From a virus (lineage: Duplodnaviria > Heunggongvirae > Uroviricota > Caudoviricetes): 64,000 bases of DNA. Below the pieces are notes generated by a model. The model searched no databases and had not been told where the DNA came from. It was given only the letters and a program-made list of their open reading frames with translations. The position numbers were made by a program, and so were the translations under genes. This document shows positions 7,156-16,100 of the stretch, in pieces. The stretch is taken from IMG/VR virus record IMGVR_UViG_3300028653_000011; one strand, 5' to 3'. The number at the start of each line of letters is the position of its first letter. The first letter of the stretch is position 1.

Positions 7156-7854
7156 ATGAAAACGCGCAACCTGTCAATCCTGTTCTGTCTCGCCCTCATC
7201 GCCGGGTGCAGTGCCTCGAGTTCGATCTTTCCGCCCACCGACGTTGGTGATGCGGGTGGAGACGTCGCTAGCGACGACGCTTCGGCATCGTCGAGTGGCA
7301 GTTCATCGGGTGGATCGTCCTCCTCTTCGAGCGGGCCGTCATCGTCTTCTGGCGGCACCGGATCTTCGTCGGGCGCCGTGGTTTGCCCTGACGCTGGCAT
7401 GTCGTCATCGTCGAGCAGCGGGTCTTCGTCTGGAGCCAGTTCTTCGAGCAGCTCTTCTAGCTCCTCTTCGGGTGCTAACTCGTCGTCATCTAGCGGTGGC
7501 TCGTCGAGTTCAAGTGGTAGCGGCTCTTCTTCAGGTTACGTGCACGATGCAGGGCCCGATGTGACTCCCTGTCCCGATGCAAGCAACGACGTTAACGTGC
7601 CCGACGGTGGCCATGACGCCGGCAGCGATGCCTCGCCACCCAAGGATGCATCGACCGACGCACCTAAGCCCAAGGATGCGGGCACCGACGCCAAGGTCTG
7701 TTACAATGACTGCGACGACACCTTGACGATCTGCACCAAGGATTGCGACGATCACTACTTCGGTGGTAGCAAAGACTGTGATGATTGTCACACGACGTGC
7801 ATCACCGTGCAAGTGGCGTGTCACAGCGACTGTGACGTCGCCTGCGGCAAGTAA
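7156..7854 (+). CDS. Ser/Gly-rich lipoprotein with DAG repeats and Cys-rich C-terminus
   Basis: Lipobox LIAG-C; poly-Ser linker; repeated CxxxC. Confidence 0.8.
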   Translation: MKTRNLSILFCLALIAGCSASSSIFPPTDVGDAGGDVASDDASASSSGSSSGGSSSSSSGPSSSSGGTGSSSGAVVCPDAGMSSSSSSGSSSGASSSSSSSSSSSGANSSSSSGGSSSSSGSGSSSGYVHDAGPDVTPCPDASNDVNVPDGGHDAGSDASPPKDASTDAPKPKDAGTDAKVCYNDCDDTLTICTKDCDDHYFGGSKDCDDCHTTCITVQVACHSDCDVACGK

Positions 7855-7910
7855 ACAACGAAGGTATCCCGTCGTCCGGGGACAAAGTCAGGCGGTGAGG
7901 TACACGATGG

Positions 7911-7944
7911 GCATGTGGCCTACTTACTAGAGTAGGCCACATGC
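7911..7944. repeat. Perfect 13-bp inverted repeat
   Basis: GCATGTGGCCTAC-ttactaga-GTAGGCCACATGC. Confidence 0.85.
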
Positions 7945-8045
7945 ACTCGCATGCCCTTCTACGACCCAACATAGCTGGTTTAAGTCCAGCACGAGACGCT
8001 GTGTCTCTGGTCGTTAGCGCGTTCTTTGATAATCCGGAGGAAACT

Positions 8046-8420
8046 ATGAGTGACGTTAAACAAGTCATCGTTGTGCGACGCGACCTGAACATGAAGCGGG
8101 GTGAGTTGGCACAAGAAGTTGCGTTAGCATCGATGCAGTTCTTGGTCGATAATAACGAGGCTGAACGTGGCGATGAGATCATGGTGAAGTTGTCGCCTGC
8201 CGAAGCAGAATGGTTGATGTCAGGGTCGCTTTCTAGTGTGGTGGGCTGTGATAGTGCTGATGCGCTACATGACCTGATCTTTCAGGCTGATCTCGCTGAC
8301 GTCGAAGTCCACACCAGTTCAATTGACGTCGACGGTGCGCCTACGCTGACATGTGCTGCTTTTGGCCCTTGCACCGCAGATGAACTCGATCGGATTGTCG
8401 GTAACCTCAAGTTGATCTAG
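8046..8420 (+). CDS. Peptidyl-tRNA hydrolase 2 (Pth2)-fold protein, degenerate active site
   Basis: KQVIVVRRDLNMxRG, PTLTCAAFGP, IVGNLKLI; usual GK and HA residues replaced by GE and LA. Confidence 0.8.
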   Translation: MSDVKQVIVVRRDLNMKRGELAQEVALASMQFLVDNNEAERGDEIMVKLSPAEAEWLMSGSLSSVVGCDSADALHDLIFQADLADVEVHTSSIDVDGAPTLTCAAFGPCTADELDRIVGNLKLI

Positions 8421-8453
8421 AACGGTGTAACCGTGAATTGACTGTGGTAATTT

Positions 8454-8540
8454 GGAAGTGTACTCAAGAGGCTGACGAGGCCCGGTTGCTAACCGGGTGA
8501 TCCCTCACGGGATCCGTGCGTTCGAATCGCACCACTTCCG
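8454..8540 (+). tRNA. tRNA-Ser(GCT)
   Basis: GGAAGTG/CACTTCC-G; CCCGG-TTGCTAA-CCGGG; long variable arm. Confidence 0.92.
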
Positions 8541-8550
8541 CGCAAATAAC

Positions 8551-8775
8551 ATGCAAATTTCGTGTCCCAATTGCAGTGAGCCAATCGAGCAGAACAGTGC
8601 CCCTGTCAGGGGTCCTGTCCACGATGGTTCTGAAGCGTGGGTGTGTCTCAAGTGTCCCACCGTCGTATGCGTTGGGTGCTATCACACCCACACTGCCAAG
8701 GAGCACCCGGAAGCGTATCAGCCTCACAAGCGGCCCACGAAAGGCGGCAAGAAAAATCAGAAGCACAAGAAGTAG
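8551..8775 (+). CDS. Small zinc-finger protein with basic tail
   Basis: CPNC, CLKC, CVGC-H-H pattern. Confidence 0.65.
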   Translation: MQISCPNCSEPIEQNSAPVRGPVHDGSEAWVCLKCPTVVCVGCYHTHTAKEHPEAYQPHKRPTKGGKKNQKHKK

Positions 8776-8785
8776 TGAGATACAT

Positions 8786-8870
8786 GGAACGGTGGCAGAG
8801 CGGCCTATCGCACCTGCTTTGAATACAGGAGGCCCGCAAGGGTCCGGGGGTTCGAATCCCTCCCGTTCCT
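8786..8870 (+). tRNA. tRNA-Ser(TGA)
   Basis: GGAACGG/CCGTTCC; loop TTTGAAT; long variable arm. Confidence 0.88.
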
Positions 8871-8882
8871 CGGAGAAGTTGT

Positions 8883-9125
8883 ATGCCAACGCGCAAGATC
8901 AGGGACGTCGAGGAATTTCGCACCTGCACCGACCCGGAACACAACCCACCGTCGATGATGGTGTTTCAACCCGGCGTCTACGAACACGAGTGCCCGAGAT
9001 GCGGTCGCAAGATCGAATTCACGGTGCGATCCAAGTACATGATGAGCTGTGAACTGTTTCCCAAGGTGTCGCTCGACACCGCATACAACTCCAACGCGCC
9101 TGACTGGCCGCTAGTCAAGCGGTAA
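8883..9125 (+). CDS. Hypothetical zinc-ribbon protein
   Basis: CxDPEHNPP and HECPRCG; GGAG RBS. Confidence 0.7.
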   Translation: MPTRKIRDVEEFRTCTDPEHNPPSMMVFQPGVYEHECPRCGRKIEFTVRSKYMMSCELFPKVSLDTAYNSNAPDWPLVKR

Positions 9126-9164
9126 TAAGCGCCGCTTTACACCACTAGAAGGATAGGTAAGACC

Positions 9165-9356
9165 ATGTGTCTGATGTGCATGAAGGACAACATCTTCGAA
9201 GGACGCAATCCCACTTCGCTCGAACGAGCGCGCAAGCGGGCCCTCAAGATCAAGCAATTGCTGCTCGACGTGGACAATGAAGAACTGTGCTACGTCGGGG
9301 ATGCCGCCGTCGAACTCCTCAAGAAGGAGCAGTACGACTTGGCGAGAGAGCTGTAA
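9165..9356 (+). CDS. Hypothetical protein
   Basis: ORF filling the gap before tRNA-Gly; TAGGTA motif upstream. Confidence 0.6.
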   Translation: MCLMCMKDNIFEGRNPTSLERARKRALKIKQLLLDVDNEELCYVGDAAVELLKKEQYDLAREL

Positions 9357-9363
9357 CAGAACT

Positions 9364-9435
9364 GCGGGTGTAGCAGAGTGATAATGCGCGACGTTGCCCG
9401 CGTCGAGATCGTGGGTTTGATCCCCATCACCCGCT
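9364..9435 (+). tRNA. tRNA-Gly(GCC)
   Basis: GCGGGTG/CACCCGC-T; CGACG-TTGCCCG-CGTCG (C37 atypical). Confidence 0.82.
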
Positions 9436-9455
9436 CAAGAGTGTAATATCAACAC

Positions 9456-10331
9456 ATGTTCCAGGGTCGACGTGTCGTGGTCTGCATCCCGGCGGGGCGC
9501 TATCGCTACTTGCGAGTGTTGCTCCCGTACCTGTTGTCACCGCGCAATTCGCAGGTCATTGATGAGATCAAGCTGTGGGTCAACACTGACGTACAGTCTG
9601 ATCTCGATTACTTCGCTCGCATGGAACAGACGCACCCCAAGATCAAGCGAGCCTATGCCGCAGGCGCACTCGACAAGTTGCTCTACGATGCGTCACGTGA
9701 CCACTATCAATACAACAACTCAGTGTATCGCTTCTACAGTGACTGTGTCGAGTCCAACACCCTCTACGTCAAGGTCGATGACGACATCTGCTACGTGCAC
9801 CCCGACTTCTTCACCAACATCTTCGCCAACGTCATTGCGCGCGAGAAGACCAACTTTGCCTGCGTGGGCAACGTCCTCAACATCCCATACACCAGCCAGA
9901 TCCTGCAGGACCGAGGCACCTTCGACGACAAGTTTGGTCACTCGACGGGTAATCCGCGGTGTCCCTTCGCCTGCACTTCAGGCGACTTCGCCGTCGGCCT
10001 GCACCGTCAGATCCTCGACCTCATCTCAATCAATGACATCGAGAGTACCTACTTCGACTCTCACTACATCACTGGTCGTCAACGGGTGGGCACCATGGCA
10101 TGGTCTGGAGAGAACTTTCAGACCTTCGGTGGACGAGTGGGCCCGCGGGATGAGGTTGAACTGACGACCCGGATCCCGGAGACCTTGCTCAAGCCCCTGT
10201 GGATAGTTGGGAACGCGGTCGTCAGTCACTTCGCCTTTAGTCACCAGAGGGCCGCCCTCGAAGATTCGACCAACATCCTCGGCAGATATTTAGCTCTGTC
10301 GATCCAATTGAACGGCGACATCGCCGCATGA
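9456..10331 (+). CDS. GT-A fold glycosyltransferase-like protein
   Basis: VVVCIPAGR N-terminus, YVKVDDDICY DxD motif, VSHFAF-HQ. Confidence 0.7.
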   Translation: MFQGRRVVVCIPAGRYRYLRVLLPYLLSPRNSQVIDEIKLWVNTDVQSDLDYFARMEQTHPKIKRAYAAGALDKLLYDASRDHYQYNNSVYRFYSDCVESNTLYVKVDDDICYVHPDFFTNIFANVIAREKTNFACVGNVLNIPYTSQILQDRGTFDDKFGHSTGNPRCPFACTSGDFAVGLHRQILDLISINDIESTYFDSHYITGRQRVGTMAWSGENFQTFGGRVGPRDEVELTTRIPETLLKPLWIVGNAVVSHFAFSHQRAALEDSTNILGRYLALSIQLNGDIAA

Positions 10332-10335
10332 GTTT

Positions 10336-10406
10336 GCGTCATTGGTGTAGTGGTAGCACGGTAGACTTCCAATCTATCTGCGTGGGTTCAAGTCCCACAT
10401 GACGCT
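10336..10406 (+). tRNA. tRNA-Gly(TCC)
   Basis: GCGTCAT/ATGACGC-T; GTAGA-CTTCCAA-TCTAT. Confidence 0.92.
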
Positions 10407-10409
10407 CGA

Positions 10410-10568
10410 ATGAAGAAGCAAGTCAAGCACGCTCGTAGGAAGGTGACACAGGCACAGGTCGATGCCATGAACCGGGAGCTCATTCTCCTCGGTTCAAAGC
10501 TTCGCTATGCCGTCGACGAAGACGGACGCTTGTGTGTGATCGAAGATTACACTCACGACTGTTGGTGA
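10410..10568 (+). CDS. Small hypothetical protein (52 aa, below the ORF-track cutoff)
   Basis: MKKQVKHARRKVTQAQVDAMNRELILLGSKLRY...HDCW, translated by hand. Confidence 0.5.
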   Translation: MKKQVKHARRKVTQAQVDAMNRELILLGSKLRYAVDEDGRLCVIEDYTHDCW

Positions 10569-10594
10569 AGGACTCGAGGATCGCTGTCAACAAC

Positions 10595-10675
10595 GCCGAC
10601 GTGATGGAACGGTAGACAACGCACACTCAAAATGTGTGGCCGAAAGGCGTGAGGGTTCGACTCCCTCCGTCGGCA
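10595..10675 (+). tRNA. tRNA-Leu(CAA)
   Basis: GCACA-CTCAAAA-TGTGT; long variable arm; A73. Confidence 0.9.
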
Positions 10676-10725
10676 CCCTATGAAACGACCCTTCAACATA
10701 TACCATGGCTGTCTTTCAACGCCGA

Positions 10726-10800
10726 CGGCCATGGCACTCCCGGTAGGGGTCAGGATCCTTATAAGTTCCTGTGACGTGGGTTCAACTCCCAAGTGGCCGA
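10726..10800 (+). tRNA. tRNA-Ile(TAT), atypical D arm
   Basis: CGGCCAT/GTGGCCG-A; GGATC-CTTATAA-GTTCC; TGGG-TTCAACT-CCCA. Confidence 0.6.
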
Positions 10801-10845
10801 CGCCATTGTGAAAATTGGGCGCGCGGGTGGTACTATCCGTTCAAG

Positions 10846-11205
10846 ATGAGTGAACAAGATCCTGTTGTCACCGCGTTGATGAAGGTGGTGCTCAAGCACG
10901 AGCGCTACATCGGCCTGATTACCACCCTGGCACAGGTGGCTGCAGACCACTGTCGGTTGCTCGAAGCGGCGCTGATGGTGAGGTGCGATGCACGAGACGT
11001 GTGCACTAGTGCAGCGACAGTCAAACACGTGTTGTACGGCATCAATGCATGCGATCACTGTGCGGCTCAAGTCATCGTTAACGCATCAGCGTTGAATGGT
11101 GAAGACCAGTGGTCTGACCTGCCCAACGCGGAGCAGATCAGGCGGCTACAGGATCACCTGTGGGCGATGACCCGAGATGAAGAAATACCCTCGACGTTGC
11201 AGTGA
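10846..11205 (+). CDS. Hypothetical protein (CxxxxC and CDHC)
   Basis: ORF preceded by GTGAAA-N17-TACTAT promoter-like motif. Confidence 0.65.
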   Translation: MSEQDPVVTALMKVVLKHERYIGLITTLAQVAADHCRLLEAALMVRCDARDVCTSAATVKHVLYGINACDHCAAQVIVNASALNGEDQWSDLPNAEQIRRLQDHLWAMTRDEEIPSTLQ

Positions 11206-11633
11206 TGCCCATGAAGAAGGTCAGGATCACCCTCAACGCAGGTTCCACGGGCAAGAAGTTCTACCTATTTCCCAGCGTCGAGGCCCTTTACTTGTGGACG
11301 TGTGCAATGGATCGCGGCGAGGCACTCGAAGTGCCGGGCATCGAAGAATTGTTGCTCGAACCCGCTGACTTCATTGAGGCTGAACTGCTCGGGTTCGAGT
11401 ACGTCTATGATGACGCTAAACACCGGCGCTTTGACCTTGTCAGGTTGGGTCGGGCACACGGAACCAAGAATGCATCAGGATTGCAGATCAATGCACACCA
11501 AGGATGGGTGACTGGCAACCTGTTACCTTTGAAGCAATACTCCGACGCTCATATCAACATCAGGGTCATCAATCACGATGAAGAACGACTTGATCTAAGC
11601 ACATTGTTCAGCGACGAAGCAAGCGAAGATTAG
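11205..11633 (+). CDS. Hypothetical protein
   Basis: Coupled ORF, last gene of the + strand block. Confidence 0.65.
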   Translation: MPMKKVRITLNAGSTGKKFYLFPSVEALYLWTCAMDRGEALEVPGIEELLLEPADFIEAELLGFEYVYDDAKHRRFDLVRLGRAHGTKNASGLQINAHQGWVTGNLLPLKQYSDAHINIRVINHDEERLDLSTLFSDEASED

Positions 11634-11642
11634 GCGCGCCCG

Positions 11643-11900
11643 TCACGCCTGTACTGTCCACATGCCCTCGACTTCAACGTCCTGTAGTGTATGCCCGGAC
11701 GGGGGCGGAGATGTGGGATATACGCTGACCCAACGCTCTGTGATTGCTCCCGCGGCATAGTAACCGCTGATGACATAGTAGATAGTCGTCGTCAATACTG
11801 TTGGGTTGAGGGCACGGATGACAATGGCTGCGATACCATTGATCGACGCGTTGCTCTGGGGCAAGGCATTGCTGTTGAAAGTGCCGCCGAACGAACCCAT
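11643..11900 (-). CDS. Small virion-associated hypothetical protein
   Basis: Last ORF of the structural operon, 2 nt after the preceding stop. Confidence 0.6.
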   Translation of the reverse strand: MGSFGGTFNSNALPQSNASINGIAAIVIRALNPTVLTTTIYYVISGYYAAGAITERWVSVYPTSPPPSGHTLQDVEVEGMWTVQA

Positions 11901-11902
11901 GA

Positions 11903-13147
11903 TTAGAAGTTGACCCCTGTCCGCGTCGAGTTAGTGCCCGGATTAGTGGTGCCGTTCCAAGGTACTGCGAACAGTGCGTTACCACCGTTGGTGCCGAGAA
12001 CGGCGATCGTTGAACCGCTGTTAGCACTGTTGGCATTAGCGTTGAAGACCTCGGTGATGGAATTGACGTAGCCGACGAGGCCGAAGTCAGGACTCTCCCT
12101 AACTATCACCGGAATCTTGAAGAGGTCGAGCGTCGCCGATGTGAACTGTTGATTAGGTTCCAAATTGGTGGTGTAGAGGTTATTGGTGTAGCGATCATTC
12201 CTGACACCTCTCGTTGGGTTCGTCATCTTGGCATTGACGCCACAGACACCTCCTTGCACCGCTGTAGTACCAGCGGTGTCGCCGTAGGTGCTGGCCACGT
12301 CAATGTAGGCCTGTGAACTTGCTTGCGAAGCGAACATGTACATGGGCATGGGACACGAGCTGGTCGTCGACCCTGCCGTCAAATTGGGAATGACGTCATA
12401 GACGCCGTGCATGCCAAAGCTGTCGTAGGAGTTGTTGTCGGTCTGATCGATGACAAAGAAGAACGAATCGCGGTCAGCCAAGAAGTGATAACGGAAGTTG
12501 ACGTTAGCGTTGGTAGTCGATGAGATGTAAGCGGCCATGTTGTCAGCGGTGGCGGCAAAGCTACCACCTTGGCCCGATGAACGGGGCAACACATGGAGCG
12601 TCGACGTTGACCCTGAACTCGGATTGTTCGATATGTTGGTCCACACCGGCGATGACTTATTGTCCTGGCCCCACCGACCCACCCCCGCAGTGCCCGTGCT
12701 GAACGTGGTGCCGTTCCAACAGTTGCCACCGTCGTCGCGCCAGGCGACCTGCCAGCCGAAGACAGGCTGATTACCGGAGTTGGCACCGAGATAGTGAGCA
12801 GGACCTCCAGGTGAGGTACCTGGTGCGTTGAGAAACGACCACTGAAACAACACGTAGTAATCGACGGCACGTGCCGAGATCGACCCATCGGGTGCAGAAC
12901 CCGATGGAATCCTATAGACAGCCCAAGCATTCTCGCCGAAGGGTTTAGCTTGATTGTAAAAGTTAGTGCCGCCCGAAAAGTTGCCTGCAGCCAACGATCC
13001 AGTCTGGAGCGCGATCAATTGTGCGTACGACGAGCTCTGCAATGTCTCGAAGAACTGGTAGCAGTTGGTGAAGATTTCCTGCATCGACGCTGTGTTCAGC
13101 GTCGTGTTTGTTAAACAGTCTACGCGTCCTTTCCATGTCCCAGCCAT
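11903..13147 (-). CDS. Putative virion / tail-fibre-associated protein
   Basis: G/S/T/N-rich, low charge; TAGTTA motif and GAGG RBS upstream. Confidence 0.65.
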   Translation of the reverse strand: MAGTWKGRVDCLTNTTLNTASMQEIFTNCYQFFETLQSSSYAQLIALQTGSLAAGNFSGGTNFYNQAKPFGENAWAVYRIPSGSAPDGSISARAVDYYVLFQWSFLNAPGTSPGGPAHYLGANSGNQPVFGWQVAWRDDGGNCWNGTTFSTGTAGVGRWGQDNKSSPVWTNISNNPSSGSTSTLHVLPRSSGQGGSFAATADNMAAYISSTTNANVNFRYHFLADRDSFFFVIDQTDNNSYDSFGMHGVYDVIPNLTAGSTTSSCPMPMYMFASQASSQAYIDVASTYGDTAGTTAVQGGVCGVNAKMTNPTRGVRNDRYTNNLYTTNLEPNQQFTSATLDLFKIPVIVRESPDFGLVGYVNSITEVFNANANSANSGSTIAVLGTNGGNALFAVPWNGTTNPGTNSTRTGVNF

Positions 13148-13169
13148 TGTTACGTCCTCTCGTTAACTA

Positions 13170-16100
13170 TCATAACCATTCTAGGTCAAGGCCAACATCA
13201 GTGATCGTACATGCCGTCCCACCCGTGTCGATCCACGCTCGCGCCGCCAAGATGCCTGAACCCGTCACTGATGACAATACTGGCGTCAGCGACACCGATT
13301 GTCTAGTCAGGGTACCCTGTGCGGAGCCCGTTAGGACAGCGCCGACGATGGGTCCAGGTGGAAAACGGACGATGCCGTTGTAGTCATACAGATCAACGTA
13401 GGCGTTGCCGCCAATGCCTGCAGGAGCCAACGACGCGCGGAAGGTGTAGTTGATGGTGTCGATCGACTTGTTGAGTTTGGTAGCATCGAAGTAGCACGAG
13501 CCCACCAGTTGTTTAGTACCCGAGTTCAATGTCGTCGTCGCTGCTCCGGCAAGAATGGGTAGGCCGTCAATGCGGTATTCTGTCGAGCCCGTCACTGACC
13601 CGCCGGCGCTGCCACTGATGATGACCTGTCCCAAGCTATTGGTGACGACGGTGACGTTGGGACCAGCGACGAGGTAGGCCAACCCGGTGTTCAACGTCGT
13701 CAAGCTGCCGCTGAGGCCCATCACCGCAGTCAGTGAGCCTGACACGAAGACGTCACCACCGAACAGCGCCTTGTTGCCGTTGTTGTGAGCGCCGCTGACG
13801 AAGAGGTAGACATCAGTGCCAATTTGTCCGGCCGTCCTACCTTGCGAATCGATGCTGACCGATGACGTAGTGTAGACGCCGTGCCCGGTGTCAGTCCACC
13901 CGCCTGCGGTGCTGAGGCCCTGACCGTTGGCACTGATCGTCAGGGTGCTGCCCGGGCCTAGGTCGGTGAAGACGATGCCGGTGCCTGCGGCCAGCGAACG
14001 GTCATTGGGCAATGACGCAGTGGTCGACAAGACGAGGTAACTGGCCTTGTCGTCACCCGTTTTGGTGTTGCCGACGACGATCTGTCCCAGTGAATTAGTG
14101 CTGATGCTGATGCCCGGGCCTAGGGGCACGATGAATGCCAAGCCACCCGACGTCTGGGTGATCGAGCCCGTCAGGCCACCGAGGATGAAGGCGCTGCCGC
14201 TGATGTAGACGTCACCCCCAAAGACTGACTTGCGGCCCGCTGAACCCGTCAGGCCGATGGTACCGCTGACGTAGAACCAGGTGTCGACGCCGTCCGTCGT
14301 CGCATAGAGACCCCGGGGATCAATCGCAATTGACGACGTGGTGTAGGCCTTATTGTTGCCGTCGACCCACACGCTGCCCCCACCACCCGTGCCACCACCA
14401 ATTGCGGTGATGGTCAGAGAACTTCCTGGGCCACCGTCGACCAACGAGATGCCACTGCCCGCTGCCAGTGTCCGTGCCTTGAGGTCTTGCGCTGAACCCG
14501 ACGCCAGCAGATACGATGCATAGAGGTCAGCACCCACCGCGCTGGAGACAATGAGATTGGGTCGTGACAGGAGCTGCAGCGACGTGCCACCCGATGACGT
14601 CAGGATCAGTGCATTGGGCAGTTGGGCGTCGGCGGTATAGAGGATGTAGTTCGCCGTCGGATCGGCACCGACGGACGATGACACATTGAACGTGGTCCCG
14701 CCACCGTTAGTGACTGACGTGCCGCCGTTGCCCGTGACGGTGACGACCGACGAACTGACGGTGACGACAGAACCCACTGTAGACGTTGAAGTACCGCCCG
14801 AACTAGTCACCGCAGTGATGGTGCCCGCGCCGCCCCCTGAACCACTGATGATGATCTGGCCCAAGGAATTGGTAGTGATGGCGATCGTGCCAGTGCCCAC
14901 AATGAAAGGATTACCGGCAGTAGGTGTCTGCGTCAGGCTGCCGGTGATGCCGTTCATGAATTTGCCGGCGCCACCAGACACATAGAAGATGGTGCCTGGA
15001 GGGGCGAATGACGCCGACGTGACGACGGCGATGGTGCCCGTCGAGTAGGCCTGATTGCCGCCGTCAAACCAGATGTTATCGACGTATTGGGTGATCGACT
15101 GGGTGATCGACTGGGTGATGGCGTTGGTGATGAAGCTACCAGTGTTGATGATGGCAGTGCCACCGCCGGTGTTGATGTCAATTCGCAGCCTTTTGATGCT
15201 CACTGTCAGAGTGACGCTTGGTTCGACGGCAGCACCGAAGACAAAGGCCATGTTGGCAATAGTTGGGTTGGCCGACTGCACGTTGGACATGTAGGTGATG
15301 TCAGTGCCGCCGCCCATCATGCCCAAGGGCTTGAAGGTGCTCAGTGAGGGGAAGGGCCCGCTGCTGACAGCAGCATGGTAGAAGCCGTAGAGAGGCGGCT
15401 GCATCAGGTTGCTGAACTCCATCATCCAACAACCGTCGACTGACGGGGTGACGATGTAGAAGCTGCCGTCCTCGGGCCCGAAGAGCTGGTGGTACTTCTG
15501 TGAGGCGATAGGGCTGCCCACGTCGATCTCATAGTCCCAACCTCCCGAGTTTCGGGTACCATATGCCATCGACGTCATTGACGACGTGGTGCCGTTGTCG
15601 GTGGCAATGAAGACATAAGAGTTGGCGCCGTTGGGATTGCTCACGTTCCAGGTGCCGACGTCGACGAAGACCCTGATGCATGTACCCCAATCGATGAGGT
15701 TGCTGATGTTCGCTAGTGAACAACTGAACAATGGAGCAGTGCGCTGTTGGATGGTATACGCCGAGAAGGGTGTATTACCGATGGGATTGAAGACCATACC
15801 GTCGGTGGTGCCCACGGAAACGTGGGTCACCTCGTGACTGCTGTTGGCCTTACCCCAAGTCAGTGACTGTCCTAGCGAGTTGGAGCCGATGCTGTAGTAA
15901 CCGTCGGTGGTGAAGCTGGCACTGGCCATGGTGGTGAAGTCGATGTCCATCACCGTCGTCCAACCTGAACCTGTGACATTGAAGATGCCACTAGCACCCG
16001 CAGAACCCGTGGGACCTGGCGCGCCAGTGGTGCCTGAAATGAGGATCAGCGCAGTGCCGCCGCCTTGGTCAATCGCGGTGACGGCCGAACCACTGAAGTT

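Noticed and set aside
7270-7535. Poly-Ser region as a DNA tandem repeat or contingency locus
   Set aside because: Ser codons are mixed (TCG/TCT/AGC/TCA), so it is protein-level low complexity rather than a slippage repeat
48-10800. HDV-like (theta) ribozymes at tRNA 3' ends
   Set aside because: I could not build the nested double pseudoknot by eye in the spacers examined; a motif search would be needed to exclude it fully
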